From Acidimicrobiia bacterium (GTDB taxonomy: Bacteria; Actinomycetota; Acidimicrobiia; Acidimicrobiales; JANYDT01): 64,000 bases of DNA. Both the position numbers and the translations under genes were made by a program. Positions 1-9,075 of this stretch are shown in pieces. Under the pieces are notes generated by a model. It worked only from the letters and a program-made list of their open reading frames with translations. It ran no database searches and was not told the origin of the DNA. The stretch spans positions 9,370-73,369 of the forward strand of contig JANOYY010000091.1 in the NCBI GenBank assembly GCA_031429095.1, read 5' to 3'. How positions within the stretch are numbered: position 1 is the stretch's first letter; each line of letters begins with the position of its first letter.

Positions 1-534
1 CTCGAGCAACTCGTCTTTGGGAACAACGCGGTCAAGGTGTCGCATCAGGTAGTCCATGATGGCCGCCTCTTTGGAGGTGAGCATTACGTCGCGGTCCCCT
101 CGGCGGCAGGTATGCGCTGCCGTGTCGAATTCGATGTCACCGGCGCATAAAACGGGCGCCACGGCGCCGGCTGCGACGCCGCGGCGTAGGAGTGCCCGGA
201 CGCGGGAGATCAATACGACGTAGGAGAACGGTTTTGACAAGAAGTCGTCTGCGCCGAGGTCCAACGAGTCGGCTTCGTCGAGCTCACCGTCTTTTGCGGT
301 CAGCATCAAAATGGGCGTTACGTTGCCGGCTTTTCGCAAGGTTGCACAGACCTTTTGACCGTTCATGCCGGGCAACATGATGTCGAGAATCACGGCGTCA
401 TAGTGGAAATTGGAGGCCATCCAGAGTCCGTCGGTCCCGGTATTGGCCACGTCGACGGCAAAAGTTTCTGCCTCAAGCCCACGTTTGAGCGCATGGGCGA
501 GACGCGGATCATCCTCGACTACAAGTATGCGCAT
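1..534 (-). CDS. OmpR/PhoB-family response regulator (C-terminal end cut by window edge)
   Basis: Not in the ORF track because it runs off the window. My reverse-strand translation from ATG 534-532 reads MRILVVEDDPRLAHALKRGLEAETFAVDVANTGTDGLWMASNFHYDAVILDIMLPGMNGQKVCATLRKAGNVTPILMLTAKD...LSKPF. This is a receiver domain with the DD pair, acceptor D, T and K-P. A winged-helix-like segment follows (...LTSKEAAIMDYLMRHLDRVVPKDELLE). Confidence 0.85.
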   Translation of the reverse strand, partial: MRILVVEDDPRLAHALKRGLEAETFAVDVANTGTDGLWMASNFHYDAVILDIMLPGMNGQKVCATLRKAGNVTPILMLTAKDGELDEADSLDLGADDFLSKPFSYVVLISRVRALLRRGVAAGAVAPVLCAGDIEFDTAAHTCRRGDRDVMLTSKEAAIMDYLMRHLDRVVPKDELLE

Positions 535-572
535 TTCCCGATCCTCGCATGTGGGTTGTCTTCGAAGTTCGA

Positions 573-1862
573 CTACGGGGTGCCGGGTTCAGCTTCGGAG
601 AACAGATAGCTCATTGTGCCAAAGCCGTAGCTGACGTGGAACGCCAAAATGAGGGGCGGCACCAAGAAACGAGTTACCCCTTTCGTCTGGGTCGCGGTTG
701 CGAGGGTTGCTCTCGTGCCGAGAGCAAGGTTTGCGCCAATCCCGCCAAGAAGTCCGACGAGTCCGACCCGACGAAGTTGTCCACGGCCGAAAACGCTGAG
801 ACTTGCCGAGCCGACCAGGCCGACAAGAAACGCGGCAGGGACAAAATGTCGGGCTCGAAGTCCTGAGAGCCCAAGTGAGGTGGTCTTCGCGTTCCACCAG
901 CCGTTGCGTCGTCCGTAACTCAGCAGCCTCTTGGCGGTGCCGACCGGATAGTAGGACGCGCTCGTCGCATCGGTGATTCGGAGCTCGACACCGCGTGCTA
1001 TCAGGCGCCCATTCATCTCGTTGTCGCCGTTGCGGTGGAGACGTTCGTCGTAACCGCCCGCCTCTCGAAGCTCCGTTGTCCGCAACACCGGGAACCCGAT
1101 GTTATCGACGGTTCCGGCGCCCTGGGTTCGAAACGATGCCTTTGAGGACCCGAACGGGTTGGTAAGCACATCGACGGCCAAATTTCCCTCCAACGACCCG
1201 TCCGAGACTGTGCGTATGATGCCGCCGTAAGCGACTCGGCCCGGCGACGCACGCACGGCCTCGACGCAGACTCGCACATAGCTCGGTTCGAAGGTTGCAT
1301 GGGCGCCGAACAGGCAGAAGAACTCTCCCGCTGCTTCGCGAATTCCGATGTTGAATGCGTACGGCGCGCGTCGCTGTGGATTGTCGATGAAGCGGATCTG
1401 GCGATTCTGCGAACGGTGCTGCTCAAGGATCGAGCAGATCCGCTCTCGTGTTCTATCCGTGGACATGCCATCGATGAGGAGGAGTTCTAACGGCTCTTCG
1501 AAGTCTTGGGCGAGGACGCTCCGTATCAGTTCGTCGATGTGATGCTCTTCGTTAAAGATGGCGACGACGACGGTTACGACAGGCAGACGCGGTTTGGGCT
1601 CCGCTCCAACGGTATGTGTTTGTGCGCTCAGATTGCGTCCCGAGACGGCCCTTCGACCGGAGCGGTGAAGACCTGGGCGGCCTCGTACCCAGTGTCCGTC
1701 CTCATCACGTCTGGGTGGAGAGATCGTTCGAGACGTCTCATTGCGAAGGCTGTTTCGCTGAATCGCGCTCACGGTCGTTAGGGTACGGACTCGAACCTGA
1801 AGAACCCCTGAAGCGAGCAGGTGGCAGACTCGGCGAATGGGTATCGGGGCAACCACGGGCAA
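573..1862 (-). CDS. Family 2 glycosyltransferase with hydrophobic C-terminal segments
   Basis: ORF 573..1862. The core PVVTVVVAIFNEEHHIDELIRSVLAQDFEEPLELLLIDGMSTDRT is a GT-A/GT2 N-terminal signature, and the C-terminus has TM-like stretches. There is no in-frame ATG/GTG between 1862 and the GT2 core, so the start is uncertain. So is the 42-nt overlap with the divergent gene at 1821. Confidence 0.7.
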   Translation of the reverse strand: MPVVAPIPIRRVCHLLASGVLQVRVRTLTTVSAIQRNSLRNETSRTISPPRRDEDGHWVRGRPGLHRSGRRAVSGRNLSAQTHTVGAEPKPRLPVVTVVVAIFNEEHHIDELIRSVLAQDFEEPLELLLIDGMSTDRTRERICSILEQHRSQNRQIRFIDNPQRRAPYAFNIGIREAAGEFFCLFGAHATFEPSYVRVCVEAVRASPGRVAYGGIIRTVSDGSLEGNLAVDVLTNPFGSSKASFRTQGAGTVDNIGFPVLRTTELREAGGYDERLHRNGDNEMNGRLIARGVELRITDATSASYYPVGTAKRLLSYGRRNGWWNAKTTSLGLSGLRARHFVPAAFLVGLVGSASLSVFGRGQLRRVGLVGLLGGIGANLALGTRATLATATQTKGVTRFLVPPLILAFHVSYGFGTMSYLFSEAEPGTP

Positions 1863-2951
1863 GTCGTGAATCCAGTCTCAGAACTCGGTATCCCGAAACC
1901 TGAAGAAATCGACGCTGCGTGGATGACACGTGCGCTCGCGTCTGCCGGCATCGGTGGGGGTACTGCTTCGGTGCGCCAACTTGCATTCGGACCAATCGGC
2001 AGTGGCCAGATGGGTGAAAGCCACCGATTCAGTCTGGAATGGAACGGCGGCGGTGATGGCCAAGCGCTTCCCGCAACGGTCGTCGGCAAGTTTGCGTCCT
2101 CCGACCCGAACAGTCGTGAGGCCGGTCGTATGGGCGCATATGTACGAGAGATCGGCTTTTATCAGGACCTTCAGGCGATCGTCGGCGTACCCACGCCAGC
2201 GCCGTACTACGTGGCCTTCGATCCAGACACTGCTGACTTCATCATTCTTATGTCAGACCTCTCGCCAGCGACGCAAGGGGATCAGCTGTTGGGGTGCGAC
2301 CTTCTGCGCGCAACGGGGGCCGTCGAAGCCATTGCAGGATTGCACGCGTCCACGTGGGGTCGAGCGGATGAGGTCGCAAACTTCTCGTGGCTTCCTCGTC
2401 GTTCGCTCGATCAGGTTGGCGTTCATGCAGACCGATACCGGGCGCTCTTCGATGGCTTTGTTGCGGAGTACTCTGCGCGCCTAGGAACCGAAGACATCGA
2501 ACTCGGCCGATGGCTGGGCGACAACTACGAGCTGGTTTCGACCGGACATACCCTCCCGACATGTGTTGTCCACAACGACTTTCGACTCGACAACGTCATG
2601 TTCGGCCGCGCAGGTGTGTCCGTCGTTGATTGGCAGACACTTGCTATCGGGTTCGGCCCCGTCGACATCGCATACTTTGTCGGAGCCGGAGTCGTGCCCG
2701 CGCCCAACGACGCCGAGGAACGGAGTCTGGTTGGTCGATATGGTCGGCGTTTGGCGGAATTGGGTGTTGGTGTCGAGGACGAGGAACTTTGGCGGAGCTA
2801 CCGGCTTGGTTCGGCGAGTGGGTACATCATGGCGGTTGTTGCATCGCAACTTGTCGTTCGCACCGAGCGGGGAAACGACATGTTTACCGCAATGGCTTCG
2901 CGCCACGCGCAGCAGATGCGGCGGCTGTCGTTCACGGCCCTATTTGGGTAG
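1821..2951 (+). CDS. Phosphotransferase-family protein (APH / choline-kinase / EcKinase-like fold)
   Basis: 376-aa ORF. Catalytic-loop-like VVHNDFRLDNVMF and metal-site-like VVDWQ. Paralog of 6437..7519. Confidence 0.7.
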   Translation: MADSANGYRGNHGQVVNPVSELGIPKPEEIDAAWMTRALASAGIGGGTASVRQLAFGPIGSGQMGESHRFSLEWNGGGDGQALPATVVGKFASSDPNSREAGRMGAYVREIGFYQDLQAIVGVPTPAPYYVAFDPDTADFIILMSDLSPATQGDQLLGCDLLRATGAVEAIAGLHASTWGRADEVANFSWLPRRSLDQVGVHADRYRALFDGFVAEYSARLGTEDIELGRWLGDNYELVSTGHTLPTCVVHNDFRLDNVMFGRAGVSVVDWQTLAIGFGPVDIAYFVGAGVVPAPNDAEERSLVGRYGRRLAELGVGVEDEELWRSYRLGSASGYIMAVVASQLVVRTERGNDMFTAMASRHAQQMRRLSFTALFG

Positions 2952-2957
2952 AAGCAT

Positions 2958-4121
2958 CTATCCCGGCGCCCCGTCGAGCATTTGGGTAAAGCCGCCGGGA
3001 GCATACGGGCCGATAACGACTTGTTCCAGCACGCCGATCCCGGTGCGCTGACCGTCGTGAGCACGGACGACCTGCTGCACATGGACGTTCTGGGGCAACA
3101 GCAAGTCGATGTCGTTCGGGTCGAACGACTCGCCGCCGACCGCCAATTCGCCCTTCCACATCCCCTGTCCCCATTCAGGATGCCCATAGCCAAGGCCCTT
3201 CATCTGGAAGCGCAAGATTGGCTCCAATGAAATCGTTCGCACGTCACCGTTCAAGCGAACGAGGTCGATTTCCGCCGAGGCGGCGAGCCTTGTGCCGCAA
3301 TGGTATTTGACACGGTGACACGCAGTTGCCATGCGGGTATCGGTGGCAGCTGTCGTTTCCGGTACCTCCGCCTCCGTCTCATAAAGCGGTGCCTCGAGGC
3401 CTTCGCGAACGAGTGCTTCTCCCTGCATTCCGTCAAAGAAGATTGCGTGCGACACGTGATCGTCCCAGACCAGAGGGGCCCAGAGGAAGAACGCTCCGCG
3501 CATTGCCGCCGGCGCGCCACCAGCATCGGGTTCACCGACGCGGCGCACACCCCACGAACGGTCCTTCGTCCCGCGCCACAGGTCTTCGGTCACGTCGAAC
3601 CTTCCGTCGGGGGAAGTAACGACCCCGGTCCAACGGCCAAATTGGTCGAACCTCGTGGCGTCCATAACCCGCTTTGGTCCCGCCCACAACGTTTGGCGTG
3701 CCTCTTCGATCGGCGCGGTTCGAGTCGAAAAGACCAGGTCGCAGCTGAGCCCGGTTTCGTTGTCTTCAAGCACGACTCGGGTTCGCCGCATCGGTTCCAC
3801 AACCTCGATGCGAAACGGTCCCACCTGCATTTCGGTACGTTCGAGCGGGGCCCGACGTGAACCATAAAAACAGTGCTGACGTCCACCCTTCTCGACAGCG
3901 CTGAAGGCACAGTCGAGGATCCCCCGATGTGGGTAGACCGCCATGCCGATTCCGAAATAGGCGGACCCGTCAAGGGCGTAGCCATTGAACCAGGTCCGGT
4001 CATAGGTATTTCGGTCCGCCGACACGGGATGAGCAATCGGCTCAGGTGTCTGGTGAATCGCAAAGTCATCGAGTTTGTTCAGCACTCGGTCATTCTCCTT
4101 GAACGGCCTCGCGATCTCCAT
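2958..4121 (-). CDS. Conserved hypothetical protein
   Basis: 387-aa ORF with coding-like composition, tightly packed between neighbours. I recognise no diagnostic motif. Confidence 0.55.
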   Translation of the reverse strand: MEIARPFKENDRVLNKLDDFAIHQTPEPIAHPVSADRNTYDRTWFNGYALDGSAYFGIGMAVYPHRGILDCAFSAVEKGGRQHCFYGSRRAPLERTEMQVGPFRIEVVEPMRRTRVVLEDNETGLSCDLVFSTRTAPIEEARQTLWAGPKRVMDATRFDQFGRWTGVVTSPDGRFDVTEDLWRGTKDRSWGVRRVGEPDAGGAPAAMRGAFFLWAPLVWDDHVSHAIFFDGMQGEALVREGLEAPLYETEAEVPETTAATDTRMATACHRVKYHCGTRLAASAEIDLVRLNGDVRTISLEPILRFQMKGLGYGHPEWGQGMWKGELAVGGESFDPNDIDLLLPQNVHVQQVVRAHDGQRTGIGVLEQVVIGPYAPGGFTQMLDGAPG

Positions 4122-4163
4122 TCGCGGCAGTTCGCCAAATGGTATGTGGACAGACCTCTGTGG

Positions 4164-4916
4164 CTACTGCAGGCCTGCGTATGAGCCGCCATCGACCGGA
4201 ATCGCGGCTCCGGTAATGAAGCGAGCCTGCTGAGAACACAAGAAGGCGACAACCTGACCGAAGTCCTCGGGGTCGCCGGCAACCCCCGCCGGTATCCCCA
4301 CAGCCGCATTTGCAGCATCGCCATAGACCTTGGTGATTCGTTGCGTGGCGTGAATACCGGGCTGCGCCGAGTTCACCGTCACGCCATCGGCCGCGATCTC
4401 GCGTGCCAGCGTCTTCAAGAAGCCCGTGAGACCGGCCCGTGCCGTGTTTGACAAGATGATGTTCGGGATCGGTTGGCGCACTGATATCGATGTAATCGCC
4501 ACGATGCGGCCCCACTTCCGCACGCGCATTTCGGGAACAACAGCCTGACAAAGCGCGATCGACGACAGCAGGCTCAATTCAAGGGCCGGCGCATACGCCT
4601 CGAATGGAGTGGACTCAAAAGTACCGGGGGGAGGTCCACCGGCGTTTGCGACCATGATGTCTATTCCCCCGAGAATGCCGCGGGCCGCATCGATGAACGC
4701 AACCGCTCCCGCCGAGGTGCCGACGTCGGCAACGAGCGGAGTGGCGAGCGGGCCGAGCGACTGAGCGGCGGCTTCAATGCGCTCGCGATCTCGCCCGCAC
4801 ATCACGACCGATACTCCGTTGTCGACCAACGCCTTCGCCGCCCCAAAGCCGAGACCTGCAGATGCAGCGGCCACGGCGGCGCGTTTTCCTTTGATACCAA
4901 GATCCATACCGCCCAT
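4164..4916 (-). CDS. Short-chain dehydrogenase/reductase (SDR)
   Basis: Inside ORF 4164..5051. I moved the start to ATG 4916 (MGGMDLGIKGKRAAVAAASAGLGFG, a Rossmann glycine motif near the N-terminus). The upstream extension is Arg/Ser-rich junk. Confidence 0.8.
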   Translation of the reverse strand: MGGMDLGIKGKRAAVAAASAGLGFGAAKALVDNGVSVVMCGRDRERIEAAAQSLGPLATPLVADVGTSAGAVAFIDAARGILGGIDIMVANAGGPPPGTFESTPFEAYAPALELSLLSSIALCQAVVPEMRVRKWGRIVAITSISVRQPIPNIILSNTARAGLTGFLKTLAREIAADGVTVNSAQPGIHATQRITKVYGDAANAAVGIPAGVAGDPEDFGQVVAFLCSQQARFITGAAIPVDGGSYAGLQ

Positions 4917-5058
4917 TCTGCCCACGCGGCGTGAGCACGGCAATAGCACCACGCCAACTGGGCGACTTCGTCGTCGCTCGCTCGATCTCTTGGAGAACGC
5001 TGAAAAGTAAATCGCAACTCGGGTGGCGCAGATTTGTTGGAGGTGGCACACTTCGTGA

Positions 5059-5640
5059 ATGAACGAGAAGCCGTCGTATTTGGGCCTGTTGAACTCGATT
5101 GCGAACGGAGAGGCGTCGGCCGAGTGCTACCTGGAAGCGTGGGCCTGCACGACGGAACGCGACGATGTCCGCCAGGTGATTGGTGCAGTCGCGGCCCGCG
5201 AGGGTGAACACGGAAAAGCTTTTGCGAAGCGCATTAACGAACTGGGCTTCTCCGTGCAACGTCGATCCGATGGCAAGGAGGCTGATCGAATGGCTATTGC
5301 GACTTCGACGTCTCTGACCGATCGTGAGAAGTTCGAGAAACTCGGTCTGGGTCGTGCGCCGGATCCAAACAAGCCCGATATCTTCAGCCGTTTCCTTGAC
5401 GACGCGACAATCGATATCGCCACCGGCACGCTGCTCGGCCGTTACATCTCGGAGGAACGCGACTCCGGTCGAATGCTGCGAGGTTGCTACGAGGCGCTGT
5501 GCGGTGAGGAGGACATGGCTCGCCCTTCGTCGGAATTCACTGAGCAGCGCATCGCGGCGCTTGAAGATCACCTGTGCCGGATCGAAACGCTTCTGGAGAA
5601 GCTGGTCGAGGGAGCCCCCGCAGGCACCCGACGAAAGTAG
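5059..5640 (+). CDS. Hypothetical protein, possibly ferritin-like four-helix fold
   Basis: 193-aa ORF. Helical, with acidic/His pairs (GEASAECYLEAWA, AAREGEHGKAF) and a coiled C-terminus. The fold assignment is a guess. Confidence 0.45.
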   Translation: MNEKPSYLGLLNSIANGEASAECYLEAWACTTERDDVRQVIGAVAAREGEHGKAFAKRINELGFSVQRRSDGKEADRMAIATSTSLTDREKFEKLGLGRAPDPNKPDIFSRFLDDATIDIATGTLLGRYISEERDSGRMLRGCYEALCGEEDMARPSSEFTEQRIAALEDHLCRIETLLEKLVEGAPAGTRRK

Positions 5641-5648
5641 CTGAATCG

Positions 5649-6362
5649 TCAGGGGTCTTCGGTCGAGGGCTCAGCTTCGGGTTGCGAATGATCAACCGGG
5701 TAGAGGAATGCAACAAGTCCCACCGCGACGACGACTCCGAGCAGTTGCATGACGATGAACATCGGAGCCGACGATGGTTTGATTCCGGCAAACGTGTCGG
5801 ACAGCGTGCGGGCGATCGTTACCGCAGGGTTCGCGAACGATGTAGATGACGTGAACCAGTAGGCACCACCAATCCATGCTCCGACGGCGAAGGCGACAAC
5901 GCTGCCCCGGCCCGAGCGGACGATCCCGTGAATCAGTACGAGGAGGCCTATCGTCGCAATGACTTCGGAAAGCCAGAGCGAGCCTGATGTCCGGACCTTG
6001 GCGGACATGTTGATCGCAGAGAGGTCGAACATCACGTTAGCGAGAATCGTGCCCATGCATCCGCCAATAATCTGTGCACATATGTAGGTGACAGTCTCGA
6101 GATTTGACTGCGCTCGGAACAATCGAAACGACAGCGTCACTGCCGGGTTGAAGTGCGCTCCGGAGATTGGGCCAAGCATGAGGATGAGTCCGACCAGAGC
6201 GCCCGCTGTGGCGACTGCGTTCTCCAGAAGCTGCAGACCGACGTCGTTCGGGGATAGCCGCTGCGCCATGATTCCGGAGCCGACCACGGCAATGAGAAGG
6301 AACGAGGTTCCGAGCAATTCTGCGGTGAGCTTGCGGGCAAGAACCAAGCGTTGCGTGTCCAT
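5649..6362 (-). CDS. MIP-family channel (aquaporin / glycerol-facilitator-like)
   Basis: 237 aa. Two NPA boxes (HFNPAVTLSF and FANPAVTIAR) and six hydrophobic segments. Confidence 0.9.
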   Translation of the reverse strand: MDTQRLVLARKLTAELLGTSFLLIAVVGSGIMAQRLSPNDVGLQLLENAVATAGALVGLILMLGPISGAHFNPAVTLSFRLFRAQSNLETVTYICAQIIGGCMGTILANVMFDLSAINMSAKVRTSGSLWLSEVIATIGLLVLIHGIVRSGRGSVVAFAVGAWIGGAYWFTSSTSFANPAVTIARTLSDTFAGIKPSSAPMFIVMQLLGVVVAVGLVAFLYPVDHSQPEAEPSTEDP

Positions 6363-6436
6363 GGCAGGTCGATCCGATGCGTTTGAGTGCGGCGAGACGA
6401 ATGGTCAAGGACGGTGGATCCTGATAAAACGAGCCG

Positions 6437-7519
6437 ATGCTTCCTGATCGAATCGAAGACTTGACCCCGGAGATGGTAACGGAGTTGCTGGGCGGCTCGG
6501 GTGTACTCGGCGATGGAAAGGTCGTGGCGGTGCGGGCCGACGACATCGGCACAGGTGTTGGTGTGTTCGGGGCAATCGCTCGCCTGCACCTCACCACAGA
6601 TGGCGCGCCCAGCACTGCGCCGAAAACCGTTGTAGCGAAGTTGCCCACGTCCGCGGAAGCGAATCGTTCGGTGGGTATGGCATTGCGGCTCTATGAACGA
6701 GAGGCGCGCTTCTTCTCCGATGTCGCACCCCAAACGGCGCTTCCCCTTCCTCGCTGTTTCTCGAATGAGTCCGATGTCGGCGATGGTCGCTTCGTACTCC
6801 TTCTTGAGGACCTCGGACACCTCGAACCGGGTGATCAACTCGCTGGTTTGGGAGAGAAGCGAGCGGCCGCGATTCTTGAAACGATGGCCGCTTTTCATGC
6901 TCATTGGTGGGAGTCGCCGCAACTGGGAACGCTGGACTGGATGCCGAAGCAGGACGACCCGGTGTTCCTTGCGGCAGTCCCGGGAATCGTCTCTGCGGGT
7001 GTCGCCGTTCTCCCGCCCCTCGAAGGGGAGTTACCTCCCGGTTCGATTGAGCTTGCCCGCCGTGTCGATACAGGTTTTGTGGATCTCATCCACCGATGCG
7101 CCGCAGGCCCACACACGATGATCCATGGCGATCTTCGGCTGGACAATCTGTTCTTCGCACAAGGTACGGACGACGTCACGCTTATCGACTGGCAACTCTC
7201 GCTTCGAAACCGAAGCGTCTATGACCTGGTCTGGCTCGTTGCGACGTCCATGGAACCGGAGCTGCAGAATGAGTCGATTGATCGTCTGATCACCGGTTAT
7301 CACGTGGCGCTCGCCCGCAACGGAGTCGACTGGTCGCTAGGCGAACTTCGGACTGCGGCGGCAGAACAAGCAGCGTACTTACTATCTGGGCCGCTGTCGC
7401 TTATCGGTACGTTCGACTTTTCGAACGCAGGCGATGGCCGCGCCGCAGAATTGACTCGGAAATGGGTTCGTCGAGGATTCAACGCGGCTTTCGCCTTCGG
7501 TGCGCAGGCAGTGGTGTGA
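6437..7519 (+). CDS. Phosphotransferase-family protein (APH / EcKinase-like), paralog of 1821..2951
   Basis: 360 aa. Motifs MIHGDLRLDNLFF and LIDWQ. Same architecture as the first copy. Confidence 0.7.
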   Translation: MLPDRIEDLTPEMVTELLGGSGVLGDGKVVAVRADDIGTGVGVFGAIARLHLTTDGAPSTAPKTVVAKLPTSAEANRSVGMALRLYEREARFFSDVAPQTALPLPRCFSNESDVGDGRFVLLLEDLGHLEPGDQLAGLGEKRAAAILETMAAFHAHWWESPQLGTLDWMPKQDDPVFLAAVPGIVSAGVAVLPPLEGELPPGSIELARRVDTGFVDLIHRCAAGPHTMIHGDLRLDNLFFAQGTDDVTLIDWQLSLRNRSVYDLVWLVATSMEPELQNESIDRLITGYHVALARNGVDWSLGELRTAAAEQAAYLLSGPLSLIGTFDFSNAGDGRAAELTRKWVRRGFNAAFAFGAQAVV

Positions 7520-7676
7520 GCGAGATGGCAGACGAGGTCAACCACTCATCGTGGAGTTTCTGGTGCGACACACGACACTAGGGACACCCGTCACTTTATT
7601 GTGACAACTCGCCTTTTTCCGGGAATACTCCAAGTGGGGAGGAGCAGACGGCCCGTTCCCACTCCTGAGGAGGAAA

Positions 7677-8141
7677 GTGATGTTCCACCAACACACCATG
7701 GAAGCGCATTACACACCAAATACCAAAGAAGCGCATTTCGCCGCAGTGCCGCTCTTTAGCGGACTGGATAAGAAACACATGTTGGAGTTCATGCGTCATG
7801 TTGATGAACAGAGGCTTCCGGCTGGCACCGTGATAATCAAGCAGGGATCGACAGCATTCGATATGAGCGTGGTGCTCGAGGGATCCGTGACGATCGAACG
7901 AGATGGCACCTTGCTGGAGATCGCCGGACCCGGAGCATCGTTCGGTGAATTGTCCATGCTTGACAAGTCCCCTCGAACGGCGACGGTAACTGCACAGACA
8001 GAGGTCCTCCTTGGCATCATCGGGCCACGTGATTTCGACACCGCACTCGAAACGGTGCCAGGTCTTTCAAAGGCGATCATGGTGAAACTGGCCCGACGCT
8101 TGCGGGCAATGGACGAACGTCTCGAAAATACTTCATATTGA
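7677..8141 (+). CDS. Stand-alone cyclic-nucleotide-binding domain protein
   Basis: 154 aa. cNMP-binding cassette FGELSMLDKSPRTATVTA with no attached HTH or other output domain. ATG at 7680 is an equally good start. Confidence 0.8.
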   Translation: MMFHQHTMEAHYTPNTKEAHFAAVPLFSGLDKKHMLEFMRHVDEQRLPAGTVIIKQGSTAFDMSVVLEGSVTIERDGTLLEIAGPGASFGELSMLDKSPRTATVTAQTEVLLGIIGPRDFDTALETVPGLSKAIMVKLARRLRAMDERLENTSY

Positions 8142-8167
8142 CGAAGACGTGACGGCCAGCAGCTTGG

Positions 8168-8992
8168 CTACGAGTTGGTAGGCGTACTGACGAAGATGGG
8201 CGCCCGTTTCTCGAGAAAGGCAGAAACAGCCTCTCGATGCTCGGGCGTACGATACGCGACTTCCAAAGCGGAAAGTTCGCGACGCTGAACTTCCCCGAGA
8301 TCCACTCCTGCAGAATTCACAGTCAACAGGTCCTTGATCATGCGTAGTTGAGGACCCGGGTTTGCGGCAAGAATCTCTGCGTCGACGAGGGCTTCGTCGA
8401 GCACGTTTGCCTCGACGCATCGGTCGGCGAGGCCCATACGTGCCGCCTCAACGCCGTCAACCGTCGCCCCGCTCATTGCCATCCACGATGCCGCGCCCCA
8501 GCCGCAGCGAGTCACCAGGAAATGCGATGACGCCAACTCCGGCACGAGTCCAAGCTTCACGAAGCGCACCGAAAGTTTGGCCGACGCAAGCGTAACGATT
8601 CGGTCGAACGGAAGGATCATCGAGAGTCCGACGCCTATTGCTGCACCGTTAACTGCGGCGACGAGTGGCTTTGACGAACGGACCAGCGCCACCCAATCAG
8701 CAGATCCTGATTCGGATCGTTCGGGGATCGTCTTCGGCTCCGACGGGGGTGTGGTGTCTCGGGAGTCGAGTTGGGCCGCGAACTCCCCACCGATATCGGC
8801 CCCGGCACAAAAGCCTCGACCGTTGCCGGTGACGACGATTGCACCAACTGCATCGTCGGAGTTCGCTGCGACAATGGCGTGACGCATCTCGCTCATCATC
8901 CGAGGTGTCCACGCATTGAGGCGGTCGGGTCGGTTCAGAGAAAGAACCAACACGGCGTTTCGACGTTCGAGAAGAATCTGCTGATATTCCAT
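8168..8992 (-). CDS. Enoyl-CoA hydratase/isomerase (crotonase family)
   Basis: Inside ORF 8168..9106. Start moved to ATG 8992 (MEYQQILLERRNAVLVLSLNRPDRLNAW). Oxyanion-hole motif VVTGNGRGFCAGADI. Confidence 0.85.
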   Translation of the reverse strand: MEYQQILLERRNAVLVLSLNRPDRLNAWTPRMMSEMRHAIVAANSDDAVGAIVVTGNGRGFCAGADIGGEFAAQLDSRDTTPPSEPKTIPERSESGSADWVALVRSSKPLVAAVNGAAIGVGLSMILPFDRIVTLASAKLSVRFVKLGLVPELASSHFLVTRCGWGAASWMAMSGATVDGVEAARMGLADRCVEANVLDEALVDAEILAANPGPQLRMIKDLLTVNSAGVDLGEVQRRELSALEVAYRTPEHREAVSAFLEKRAPIFVSTPTNS

Positions 8993-9075
8993 GGAGTCCT
9001 CCGGTCGGCCTGACCGGCAAAGACTGCCTTGTCGGCGGCTCGGGGTGCAACTCCGGCACCAGTAGCCTCGAACCC

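Noticed and set aside
7591-7606. Canonical CRP/FNR box
   Set aside because: The half-sites are in the opposite order (TCAC-N-GTGA instead of TGTGA-N6-TCACA). It is reported only as an unassigned inverted repeat.
8993-9075. Possible SAM/Met riboswitch upstream of the cystathionine-gamma-synthase-family gene
   Set aside because: The gap is only 83 nt and is shared with a divergent gene. It contains just one 6-bp hairpin (CCGGTC-GGCCT-GACCGG) and nothing resembling the SAM-I or SAM-IV cores as I remember them.
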